A DNA stretch of 31,453 bases from a virus (Duplodnaviria; Caudoviricetes): the IMG/VR virus record IMGVR_UViG_3300027744_000074, positions 1 through 31,453 of that record; one strand, written 5' to 3'. Shown here piece after piece: positions 1 to 8,182 of the stretch. The notes under the pieces are model-generated. The model had not been told where the DNA came from and searched no databases. It saw only the letters and a program-made list of their open reading frames with translations. Made by a program: the position numbers and the translations under genes. The stretch's first letter is position 1. Every line of letters begins with the position of its first letter.

Positions 1-1
1 C

Positions 2-622
2 ACTCACTATTCGTTGGATGCTAGAAATGGCATTTTACGATTCAACACAACCCCAGCAGCAAACACTAAAATTCTTGTTGAAGGTTACTACTACGAATGG
101 GTGTTGCCTTCAGACCTTGATTTTTACGCGGTCCACGCAATTGACCAGCATGTGTACAACCTAGATTTACCTGTTGAAAGCATGTCGGCAATTGTAATTG
201 ACACCATCGGTATGAGTTGTGTAGTAGAAGCTTTGTGGGGTTTGCTTACTGAATACAGCCGCGACATTGATATTACAACGTCTGAATCAGTTCATATACC
301 TGCAAGCCAAAGGTTTAGAATGGTGCAAAGCCTCCTTGAGTATTGGCAAAAACAATATGAAAGACAAGCCAAGGCTCTTAACATTGGGCTTGAGCGAATT
401 GAAATAATGAATTTGCGCCGCGTGTCTAGAAGCACAAATAGATTCGTCCCTATCTACAAATCAAAAGAACTTGGTGAATACGGTCCAATTGAACGAGTAT
501 TCCCAGAAATAAGCGAAGGAAAAATTAGTATTGAAGAACCTGAAGACAAACAACTTAACGACGTTTTTGTTGATATTGAACTTGGGACAACAGTAAATTC
601 ATCCGCTATTTACGGGATGTAG
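2..622 (+). CDS. Virion neck / head-to-tail adaptor-like protein (5'-truncated by window edge)
   Basis: Frame is open back to position 2, so the TTG at 14 is probably not the start. First gene of a tightly packed cluster preceding tail terminator and sheath; function inferred from position. Confidence 0.5.
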   Translation, partial: THYSLDARNGILRFNTTPAANTKILVEGYYYEWVLPSDLDFYAVHAIDQHVYNLDLPVESMSAIVIDTIGMSCVVEALWGLLTEYSRDIDITTSESVHIPASQRFRMVQSLLEYWQKQYERQAKALNIGLERIEIMNLRRVSRSTNRFVPIYKSKELGEYGPIERVFPEISEGKISIEEPEDKQLNDVFVDIELGTTVNSSAIYGM

Positions 623-625
623 AGC

Positions 626-1159
626 ATGGATAGCCGTAGAGAACTTGCCCACATTCGCAAGAACTATCGTCAGTACCATCGTCAAGTTGGGGAAACTATT
701 GCATGGTTTAGTTTTATTCCATTCTCTGGTGGCGGTGGAAGTTCCTACGATGATGTCTACGACGAAGGAGGGTTAGGCGGAGGCGGCAAAAAATACAAAA
801 ACAAAGTCATTGTTCCCGTCTTGATGGTAACCGAAACCGAAGACACTAAACGAGCTATCCCAGAAGGTCGGCAGCCAGTTCAGGTAGTAAACATTGTTAT
901 GTCAATTGCGGATATGCGCGAGGCTGGAATAGAAGAACCGTTTGAGTATCAGCGGCATTTAAATGATATGTTCATGTATGACGCTAGGTACTACACCATA
1001 ACAATGTACAGGGTTCGTGGACGAGCACGAGATGACGTTTTGGTGGTTGTTGAAGGGCTTGAAATTTATGTTGGAGATGAAATGCCTAACGACCCAGGAC
1101 CAAATGCATTGGCGGTAACAGATCTACCGTGGCCAACTGCGTTGCCATCTCTTACCTGA
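626..1159 (+). CDS. Putative head-closure/neck protein
   Basis: 177 aa, ATG 3 nt after upstream stop; beta-rich with acidic/Gly loop (YDDVYDEG); position typical of neck genes. Confidence 0.5.
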   Translation: MDSRRELAHIRKNYRQYHRQVGETIAWFSFIPFSGGGGSSYDDVYDEGGLGGGGKKYKNKVIVPVLMVTETEDTKRAIPEGRQPVQVVNIVMSIADMREAGIEEPFEYQRHLNDMFMYDARYYTITMYRVRGRARDDVLVVVEGLEIYVGDEMPNDPGPNALAVTDLPWPTALPSLT

Positions 1160-1190
1160 TAAACTGTAAGTGCTTAGCGTGCGCTAAGCA
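1157..1190 (+). promoter_or_regulatory. Extended -10 promoter (TGaTAAACT) followed by a perfect 9-bp inverted repeat
   Basis: TG-A-TAAACT at 1157-1165; TGCTTAGCG-TG-CGCTAAGCA at 1171-1190, beginning at the expected transcription start; no U-tract. Confidence 0.5.
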
Positions 1191-1219
1191 ATACAACGCC
1201 TAGGACTAAAGGAGTGCCA

Positions 1220-1618
1220 ATGACTGGCAAGCCAACTTCATCTGCAACCTCCCGTCCTGTCATTGAAGGTGTTCCTGCTCCTATTGGTTACCTAGCCGAA
1301 CTTTTTGTAAATTTTGAACATCATCTGGGGCGCATCATGAACGCCGAGATGGTCAAAGAAACAAAGAGAATCCGTAAAGCCCTTATCCAAAAAGAACCTA
1401 AATGGAAAGATATAGCCAAACAACTTGATGTGTATTGGGACCCACAAACATTGAGTTTTTCGTATGCGCTAAACACAACGGAAGCAAGAAACACGTTTAA
1501 GCAATTAGAATACGGCCCACCGGCTAAGTCTTTGCTTAGGCACGAAATTCTAGAACTAAACAAAACCCTTGGCGTTGAGATTAACAACGCTGTAAACAAG
1601 TTTTTAGGCAACAAATGA
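1220..1618 (+). CDS. Hypothetical virion morphogenesis / tail-completion protein
   Basis: AAAGGAG SD ends 5 nt before ATG 1220, preferred over GTG 1214; lies between neck and tail terminator genes. Confidence 0.5.
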   Translation: MTGKPTSSATSRPVIEGVPAPIGYLAELFVNFEHHLGRIMNAEMVKETKRIRKALIQKEPKWKDIAKQLDVYWDPQTLSFSYALNTTEARNTFKQLEYGPPAKSLLRHEILELNKTLGVEINNAVNKFLGNK

Positions 1619-2286
1619 AAACTGGGTTTTTACTTGCTGAGGATGAAGCTATTAAACTTAGGTTTTCTAATGTTTTTGTTACTGATGACCGAAATGCGCA
1701 ACGTCCTGTTAAGGTCTTTTTTAGGTATCCAGACTCAGAAACAGAACGAGACTATCCGTTTATCACCATTGAGCTGATTGATATCTTGCACGCAACAGAC
1801 AGGCAACATTCATACGTTGATCTGTATTCTGGAAATGCAGGTGGTTGGTCTATAGACAGCCCAGCATACGTTAATTACTTACCTAGTCTTGCAAGTACTA
1901 TTAACGGATCTTCTACCTCTACTTTTAAGAAAATTCCAGATTTTATACCCGTTGACCTTTTGTATCAGGTATCTACATACTGCCGCACCGCTTTGCATGA
2001 CCGTCAATTGACAGCTAGGTTTTTGCAGAAAGTTGTTCCCTTTAGGTTTAACAGTATTGCCGTAGAAGCAGACCAAACCACTAGGCGATTTGACATGCTG
2101 GACTGGACCAATGCCGACCTGTTGGACCAAGAGTCTGGCTTTAGAAAACGTATATTTCGCAAGGTGTACACGCTAAAAATGTCGGCAGAGATAAGCGATG
2201 CTACCCTTTCTAACATTACCACCGTCAAACCCGTGGCTACAATTAATAGTACAATTAGTGATCAATTATATGTTTTTAATCCGTAA
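1615..2286 (+). CDS. Tail terminator / sheath-cap protein (Pvc16/DUF4255-like position)
   Basis: YPFITIELID and PVDLLYQVSTY segments resemble contractile-tail terminators; directly upstream of sheath. Confidence 0.6.
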   Translation: MKTGFLLAEDEAIKLRFSNVFVTDDRNAQRPVKVFFRYPDSETERDYPFITIELIDILHATDRQHSYVDLYSGNAGGWSIDSPAYVNYLPSLASTINGSSTSTFKKIPDFIPVDLLYQVSTYCRTALHDRQLTARFLQKVVPFRFNSIAVEADQTTRRFDMLDWTNADLLDQESGFRKRIFRKVYTLKMSAEISDATLSNITTVKPVATINSTISDQLYVFNP

Positions 2287-2321
2287 TTCATTGTCCACAT
2301 TACAAATAAATAGGAGTTATC

Positions 2322-3869
2322 ATGGCATATGAGCGTCCAGGAGTATACGTATCAGAATCAACGTTTACTACCAACATTCAAACAAACACAGGAATCACGG
2401 CAGCCGCTTTTTTAGGTTTGGCTGAACGCGGTCCAACCACCACACCAGCACTTGTCACAAGTTGGAATCAATACACAAGTTTGTTTGGTGCTTTAAACAA
2501 CACCTACCATTTAGGTTATGCAGTTTACCAATTTTTTGCAAATGGTGGGCAACAAGCGTATGTTTGCCGAGTAGTTGACTCTTCAGCAGTTGTCGCAACA
2601 AGTACTCTACAAGGAACACCTTCAGGTGGCTCAGCAGCAGATATCTGGGTACTCAAAGCCAAGTCAGTTGGTGTTTGGGGAAATAGTCTCACTGTAAATT
2701 ACACATTTGACACTACAACATTGACTACACACTTGTCGGCGCCTAAATTTACAAAAAACACATTGTTTACGATTACTGTAAGTGTTGGCGGAACGCAAGT
2801 AGAAGAATGGTCAAACGTTTCAGTTGATCCTGAAAACAACAGATACATTACAACAGTTCTTGACCTGTATTCGTCGTATATCACAACACAATCTGTTGCT
2901 ACAGTTGCTGTGGGTGTTGAGTTAGTTATTGGTGGTATGACAGTAGGCGACTATGAAGTATCTGGAGTTTTTGCGTCAGGTAGTGAAGGCAACGGCGCCA
3001 TTGACTCAGCTGACTGGACAACAGCGTCAAACACATACGACACAATTCCTCAATCATTAATTTTTAACTTAGTTGGACAAACAGACTCTACAATTGTAAA
3101 CAACGGCATTGCTAAAATGGTTACCCGTGGCAATTCGTTTTTGGTAGTTGATACTCCGCTTGGAGCACTAACTAAATCTGCGTTAAGTTCGGCAGTAGCT
3201 AGTTACACTCAATCAAGTTACGCAGCAATCTACGGTCCTGCTCTTAAAATGTACGATCCAACAAAAACTGGGGCTGCAGCAATTCGCACTACTTTCCCAG
3301 GTGGTGCAGTGGTGGGTGCAATGGTTCGTTCTGAGGTTTCTCGTGGCGTAGCCAAAGCACCTGCTGGTTACGGTTTAGATTTGCGCAACGTTTTTGGTCT
3401 TGTCGCAAACCTTACGGAAGCTGAGCAAGGTTCTTTGTACAAGACTGAGCAAATGAACGTGTTTTCTATCGTTCCTGGAGTTGGCGCCATCATTAACGGC
3501 GCCCGTACCCAACAACGAAACGCAAGCACAAAATTCATTACTGTTCGTCGTTCACTTAACTTCCTTAAGCAAGCACTTAAAGACTCAACTGCATATGCTT
3601 TGTTTGAGCCTAATGACGCTCGTCTATACGAAGATCTTACGGTTCGCATTACTTCACTACTTACAACCTTCTGGGGATCTGGTGGTTTGAAGGGAAAAAC
3701 AACGGGTGAAGCTTTTTATGTAGTATGTAACAGTTCAAACAACTCGGAACAATCAGTAGAAAACGGAATAGTAAACATTCAAGTTGGTGTCGCTTTGCAA
3801 ACTCCAGCAGAATTTATTGTAATTAATATCAGCCAGTTCACTGGCGGATCAACAGCAACTTCAATATAG
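2322..3869 (+). CDS. Contractile tail sheath protein
   Basis: N-term YERPGVYVSE and AAFLGLAERGP; C-term GVAKAPAG, GART, FITVRR, FEPND, PAEFIVINISQ; TAGGAG SD. Confidence 0.95.
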   Translation: MAYERPGVYVSESTFTTNIQTNTGITAAAFLGLAERGPTTTPALVTSWNQYTSLFGALNNTYHLGYAVYQFFANGGQQAYVCRVVDSSAVVATSTLQGTPSGGSAADIWVLKAKSVGVWGNSLTVNYTFDTTTLTTHLSAPKFTKNTLFTITVSVGGTQVEEWSNVSVDPENNRYITTVLDLYSSYITTQSVATVAVGVELVIGGMTVGDYEVSGVFASGSEGNGAIDSADWTTASNTYDTIPQSLIFNLVGQTDSTIVNNGIAKMVTRGNSFLVVDTPLGALTKSALSSAVASYTQSSYAAIYGPALKMYDPTKTGAAAIRTTFPGGAVVGAMVRSEVSRGVAKAPAGYGLDLRNVFGLVANLTEAEQGSLYKTEQMNVFSIVPGVGAIINGARTQQRNASTKFITVRRSLNFLKQALKDSTAYALFEPNDARLYEDLTVRITSLLTTFWGSGGLKGKTTGEAFYVVCNSSNNSEQSVENGIVNIQVGVALQTPAEFIVINISQFTGGSTATSI

Positions 3870-3878
3870 GAGATAAAC

Positions 3879-4508
3879 ATGGCAGTTAATTCTGTAAAAA
3901 CGACAAGAACAGATCCACTTCGTAATTTTAAGTTTACGGTTAAGTTTGTTCCACTTGACGATGAACTTAGAAACATGACTACAGGAATTGGCGATCTTGG
4001 TTTTGCCCAAATGGGCGGCCTTTCAGTTCAAAACGAATTGATTGCCTATCGTGAAGGTGGGATGAATACACACCCTCACAAGATGGTCGGTCAGTCGGAC
4101 TTCCCACCAATCTCGTTTGCACGTGGAGCTTTTGCTGAACAAGACTCGTTGTACAAGTGGCAACGCTTTATGCACGCATGGCTTGGCGGCGGAGTTGAAG
4201 GCATCCAAGGTGGTGCGCAAGGAGATGGCACAAACTATCGTTGCAACATTCTCGTGAAAGTGTTTGACCATCCGTACACCGCTACTGGCGTTCAGTACCA
4301 ATACAACACTGACGGTGCCAGCCCAGTAGTTCCTGGAACACCAAAACTTGCATTTAAGATTTTTAATGCTTGGCCAGGTGCTTATGGACTTAGCGACCTT
4401 AACGCTGGCGACAACGGCATTATGATTCAACAGTTAAACATTCACCATGAAGGTTTCCAGATAGCCTGGAGTCCAGGAGAAATTACTACACTCGCAGCAT
4501 CTTCTTAA
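3879..4508 (+). CDS. Tail tube protein (T4 gp19 / Afp1-like family)
   Basis: DPLRNFKFTV, YREGG, ISFARG, NAWP, LNAGDN motifs; follows sheath; TAGGAG SD. Confidence 0.92.
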   Translation: MAVNSVKTTRTDPLRNFKFTVKFVPLDDELRNMTTGIGDLGFAQMGGLSVQNELIAYREGGMNTHPHKMVGQSDFPPISFARGAFAEQDSLYKWQRFMHAWLGGGVEGIQGGAQGDGTNYRCNILVKVFDHPYTATGVQYQYNTDGASPVVPGTPKLAFKIFNAWPGAYGLSDLNAGDNGIMIQQLNIHHEGFQIAWSPGEITTLAASS

Positions 4509-4534
4509 TAACACGTACAACATAGGAGCACAAA

Positions 4535-5329
4535 ATGAATACTAAAAATGATGCCGCGGCAATAAACGCGGCTATGGCTGACCCAGTTCCACGCATTCAA
4601 CTTACACCAAACACCACGGTTGAATTATTTCGTGGGGTCTTTAGCGACAAAACTAACGAATGGGAAACCACAACGGTAGTAAAAGAACTGACTGGCGAAG
4701 ACGAAGAAGCTTTGGCTGCGTTGGATGCTGATGGTGACCTTCTGTACGCCCAGTACATGTCAGCACTTTTAAAGAGAAGTGTTGTGTCTGTTGGAAACAC
4801 AAAAATAACCGAAAACCCATCAATCATTGATGAGTTGATTTTAGGAGATCGCGATACTTTGTTTTTGGCAACGGTCACGGCTACCTATGGGGATAATCGT
4901 GAGTACCAAATTAATTGTCCTCATTGTAAGAAATCAAACGACGTCCTTATTGACCTAAAAGGTTTTCCTACAAAAGAAACAAAACTAGATGCAAAAGCAT
5001 CTATATCTGTCACACTGCGTAGTGGTGAAGTACAAGAATTTCGTTTAGTAACAGGTGGGGACAGCCAAGCTGTAAGCAAAAAAGCAAACAGCGTCCCTGA
5101 ACAAAACACGGTTCTCATAGCACGATGTGCTTTGTGGGATGACAAAGAAAAACCAAGAGATGTTGAAAAATGGGCTAAAAAACTTGGCATGAAAGATCGT
5201 GCTGTAATTATTGACAAACTGCTTGAAGCACAACCTGGCCCAGAAATCAAGGAGGTGGAAGCCCTCTGTGCCCATTGCGAAAAACCTTTTCCAATTGCAC
5301 TTAATTGGGCCTCCCTTTTATTCGGCTAA
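4535..5329 (+). CDS. Tail assembly chaperone / T4 gp26-like baseplate hub assembly protein
   Basis: Two repeated units (ELTGEDEEAL...LILGDRD; LVTGGD...LGMKDR), each followed by CxxC (CPHC, CAHC); lies between tube and tape measure. Confidence 0.75.
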   Translation: MNTKNDAAAINAAMADPVPRIQLTPNTTVELFRGVFSDKTNEWETTTVVKELTGEDEEALAALDADGDLLYAQYMSALLKRSVVSVGNTKITENPSIIDELILGDRDTLFLATVTATYGDNREYQINCPHCKKSNDVLIDLKGFPTKETKLDAKASISVTLRSGEVQEFRLVTGGDSQAVSKKANSVPEQNTVLIARCALWDDKEKPRDVEKWAKKLGMKDRAVIIDKLLEAQPGPEIKEVEALCAHCEKPFPIALNWASLLFG

Positions 5330-5465
5330 TATAGTACATACATATTGGGACTACGATTCAATCGCATCTGTTTACAAGGGCTTCTCGCTCAGTGATATAA
5401 AATTGATGACCGTGCGCCAGCGCAACTATTGGTCAGACATGAGTAAATGGAGAAAATCGGGGTAA
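5316..5465 (+). CDS. Second tail-chaperone segment (gp51/DUF6760-like), probably expressed by +1 frameshift from 4535..5329
   Basis: YWDYDSIASVYKGFSLSDIKLMTVRQRNYW matches the small helical post-chaperone family pattern; no SD-linked start immediately before it; +1 frame relative to the upstream gene. Confidence 0.6.
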   Translation, partial: FYSANIVHTYWDYDSIASVYKGFSLSDIKLMTVRQRNYWSDMSKWRKSG

Positions 5466-8182
5466 CGATGGCAGAAAAAAATCTAGGTGATCTAAAAGCC
5501 AAATTTAAAGTTGACGTTGACCAAGTTACCAAGCTGGTCAAGGGTGTTACAGACATGCGCAAAGACTTTGAAGGCATGGAAAAACAATTAGTTAAAGTAA
5601 ACAAACAGCTAAATGACGTGTTTAAAAACTTAACTAAAATTAAAGGAGTAGGAGGACTTTCAGGAGGTCTTGGAGGCGGAACAACACCAGCGGGAGGTCA
5701 CCCACTTCCTTTAGGTGATCCTAAAACACAAACGCCAACAATGCCTTCATCAGTTACTAACACTCAAACATTTACTGCCGCCCCAGCTACTATGGTCTAT
5801 AAACCCAGTGGAGGTGGCGGTGCTCTCCCAGCCGCGTCAAGAATGGGAATGGGAATAACTATGGCTGGGCAGGCAGTTGCCGCCGCACTTGAAGTAATGA
5901 ACCGAAGAATGGATTCTAATTATGATCGTTCGTTGTCTGTTGACAAGTTAGGTGTTTACTACCAACAAAATAAAGGCATAACACAACAAAACTACGTTGA
6001 CCAAATGCGCAAACCATTGGTCAATCAACGATTGGGCTACGGTGGAATAAATACGATGCTTGCATTGCAAGCATCAACTGGTATAAATGCTGCAACAAAC
6101 GCATCCGGTTTTGCTGCGCAAAGAGCGCTATCAGGGTACTCAATCGGAACAGACCAGCTTGCGCAACAAGCCGCAACCCTTGCTGGACCTGCTGCCAACA
6201 ATCGCATGACCATGATGTTAGGTACTGGCATGTACGGTCTTGGTGGAAAACAAAAGACATCAATGCAAGTAATGCAAGATGTTGTTCAACGCACAGGTTT
6301 AACTGACCCAAATCGTCTTAAAGGCGCTCGTCAATTAGGGTCAAACACACGCGCAATGCTTCTTGCTTCTGGAGTTCCTGAAGACATGGTTGACCAGTAT
6401 TTAGACTATGCAGAAGCCAACAACAATTTTCAAAAAAAGACTGGGTCAAAATCAATGTATGATCCGTCAACTTTGAAAGACCGAAAAGTTATGGGCATTG
6501 AAGATAATTTTTCAACTCAAGCCGAAGAAACTGCTAGAACAAAAGAACAACGTGACGAAAACTTTTACAACAGGCAAAAAGACAATTTGGCTCAGTTTGA
6601 ACAAAACATTCAAGGAGTTACTGAGGCGCTCGGAAAACTTGAAGACGGATTAAGCACTATTGTTGGTGCAAACATTTCTTCACGAGGCAGCCTTCTTAGA
6701 AAAGCAGGGGGAATAGCAATGATGGCTGGAGGTGCAGCAATTGGTGCTGGTCTTACGCCGTTTACTGGTGGCGCGTCCCTAGCTGTTGGCGGAGCAATGA
6801 TCGCAAGTGGTTCTGCCTTGATGGGTGATCCTGAAAAATCAACAAAATCCCCAGCCGGTAAGGGCGGAAGCATTTTGTACGGGTATAACAAACCTGCAGA
6901 AAGGAAGAGCATAGGAGAAGTGCAAAACACTGCAGGGTTTAGAAATTTAAATTCTACGTTTAGAGATCGCTTGCTAAGAATGTTTGAAGCCAACCCCGCA
7001 GTCGGCCTTGGCTCAGGCCACCGTTCAGAATCAGAACAAGAACGTTTGTTTTTGTCACGTTACTCAGAAGTAACTGATGGTAGTAAAGGTGACGCAACAT
7101 ACAAAGGCAAACAATACAAACGCCACTCTGGTGCAACAGTTGCTCCTCCAGGAAGGTCAATGCACGAAGTAGGTTTAGCCGCAGACTTAGTAGGCGATTT
7201 TGATTGGGTTGCTAAACACGCCCACGAATTTGGTTTAAAAACAATTGATGGTTTAAACGAACCTTGGCACGTTCAACCAGCCGAACTTCCAGACTCTCGT
7301 TACGAGTGGGAAAAACAAGGTTCTAAATTTGGACATCCACCAGGCACATCTAAGGGTGAGGTGGGGACTGATTCATCAACTGGTGGTCCAGAAGGTACAA
7401 ACGTTGTTGGCGATAAAGTAATTAATGGGTCATCACTTGCTGGTGCAATAGAAACATTTAATCAAACATCAATCGCGGGTATTGTGGGCGCTGGTGCGCA
7501 ATATGACGCAATGAGTGGTGGCGTAGGTGGTAATACTTCGTCAAGTGCAGCGTTAAACGAAAACCCTAGCTCTACCCCAACGTCTAAAGGTTCTGGTGTG
7601 TCGGGCACAATGGACCCAGTAGAGATGGCACAAATAATGTTGCGCAGAAAATTTCCTAAAGAAGCAATTGCAAAAATGTTGGCAATCTCTTACCGAGAAT
7701 CACGATGGCAACCTGGTGTGCGCAAAAACGATGACGTAGAAGATTCATTTGGTTTATTTCAAATTAACATGAAAGGAAACCTTGGGCCTGTTCGCAGAGG
7801 TCACTATGGGTTATCAAGTAACGAAGAATTGTTTGATCCACTTATGAATATTAAAGCTGCTCGCATTTTGTTTGGAGATGGGCAGGGTATTAAGCACTGG
7901 GGAATTGATGGAGACCCTATGCACAACACTGCTGAAGGAATGCCTAAAGCAATAGCTGCAGCTCAGGCTGTAGGCATTGACAGCATTGGCGACCCTACTT
8001 TTGCTGAACCAACTCGTGGTGGTGGAAACGTCACCGTCGGTGGAGCAACAACTGTTACTATTGCTCCAAACATTTATGTAACATCGTCTGGCAGTACCGC
8101 ATCAGACGCACAACAGATGGCGTTGGAATTAGCTAGGTTATTGGACAACAACCTTAAACGAGAATTACTAAGGAGTGTGTAG
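5447..8182 (+). CDS. Tape measure protein with M15-type D-Ala-D-Ala peptidase and lytic transglycosylase domains
   Basis: Helical Ala/Gly/Gln-rich N-half; SGHRS...APPGRSMHEVGLAAD...EPWHVQ (M15 Zn peptidase); RESRW...SFGLFQIN (SLT/lysozyme-like). Start may be ATG 5468. Confidence 0.88.
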   Translation: MEKIGVTMAEKNLGDLKAKFKVDVDQVTKLVKGVTDMRKDFEGMEKQLVKVNKQLNDVFKNLTKIKGVGGLSGGLGGGTTPAGGHPLPLGDPKTQTPTMPSSVTNTQTFTAAPATMVYKPSGGGGALPAASRMGMGITMAGQAVAAALEVMNRRMDSNYDRSLSVDKLGVYYQQNKGITQQNYVDQMRKPLVNQRLGYGGINTMLALQASTGINAATNASGFAAQRALSGYSIGTDQLAQQAATLAGPAANNRMTMMLGTGMYGLGGKQKTSMQVMQDVVQRTGLTDPNRLKGARQLGSNTRAMLLASGVPEDMVDQYLDYAEANNNFQKKTGSKSMYDPSTLKDRKVMGIEDNFSTQAEETARTKEQRDENFYNRQKDNLAQFEQNIQGVTEALGKLEDGLSTIVGANISSRGSLLRKAGGIAMMAGGAAIGAGLTPFTGGASLAVGGAMIASGSALMGDPEKSTKSPAGKGGSILYGYNKPAERKSIGEVQNTAGFRNLNSTFRDRLLRMFEANPAVGLGSGHRSESEQERLFLSRYSEVTDGSKGDATYKGKQYKRHSGATVAPPGRSMHEVGLAADLVGDFDWVAKHAHEFGLKTIDGLNEPWHVQPAELPDSRYEWEKQGSKFGHPPGTSKGEVGTDSSTGGPEGTNVVGDKVINGSSLAGAIETFNQTSIAGIVGAGAQYDAMSGGVGGNTSSSAALNENPSSTPTSKGSGVSGTMDPVEMAQIMLRRKFPKEAIAKMLAISYRESRWQPGVRKNDDVEDSFGLFQINMKGNLGPVRRGHYGLSSNEELFDPLMNIKAARILFGDGQGIKHWGIDGDPMHNTAEGMPKAIAAAQAVGIDSIGDPTFAEPTRGGGNVTVGGATTVTIAPNIYVTSSGSTASDAQQMALELARLLDNNLKRELLRSV

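Noticed and set aside
5211-5315. TTG 5211 as the true start of the 84-aa ORF
   Set aside because: No SD, 119-nt overlap with the chaperone gene, and the overlapping part is not protein-like.
5313-5320. Canonical -1 slippery heptamer CCCTTTT
   Set aside because: Not phased as X XXY YYZ in the chaperone frame, and the -1 frame terminates at TAG 5332-5334.
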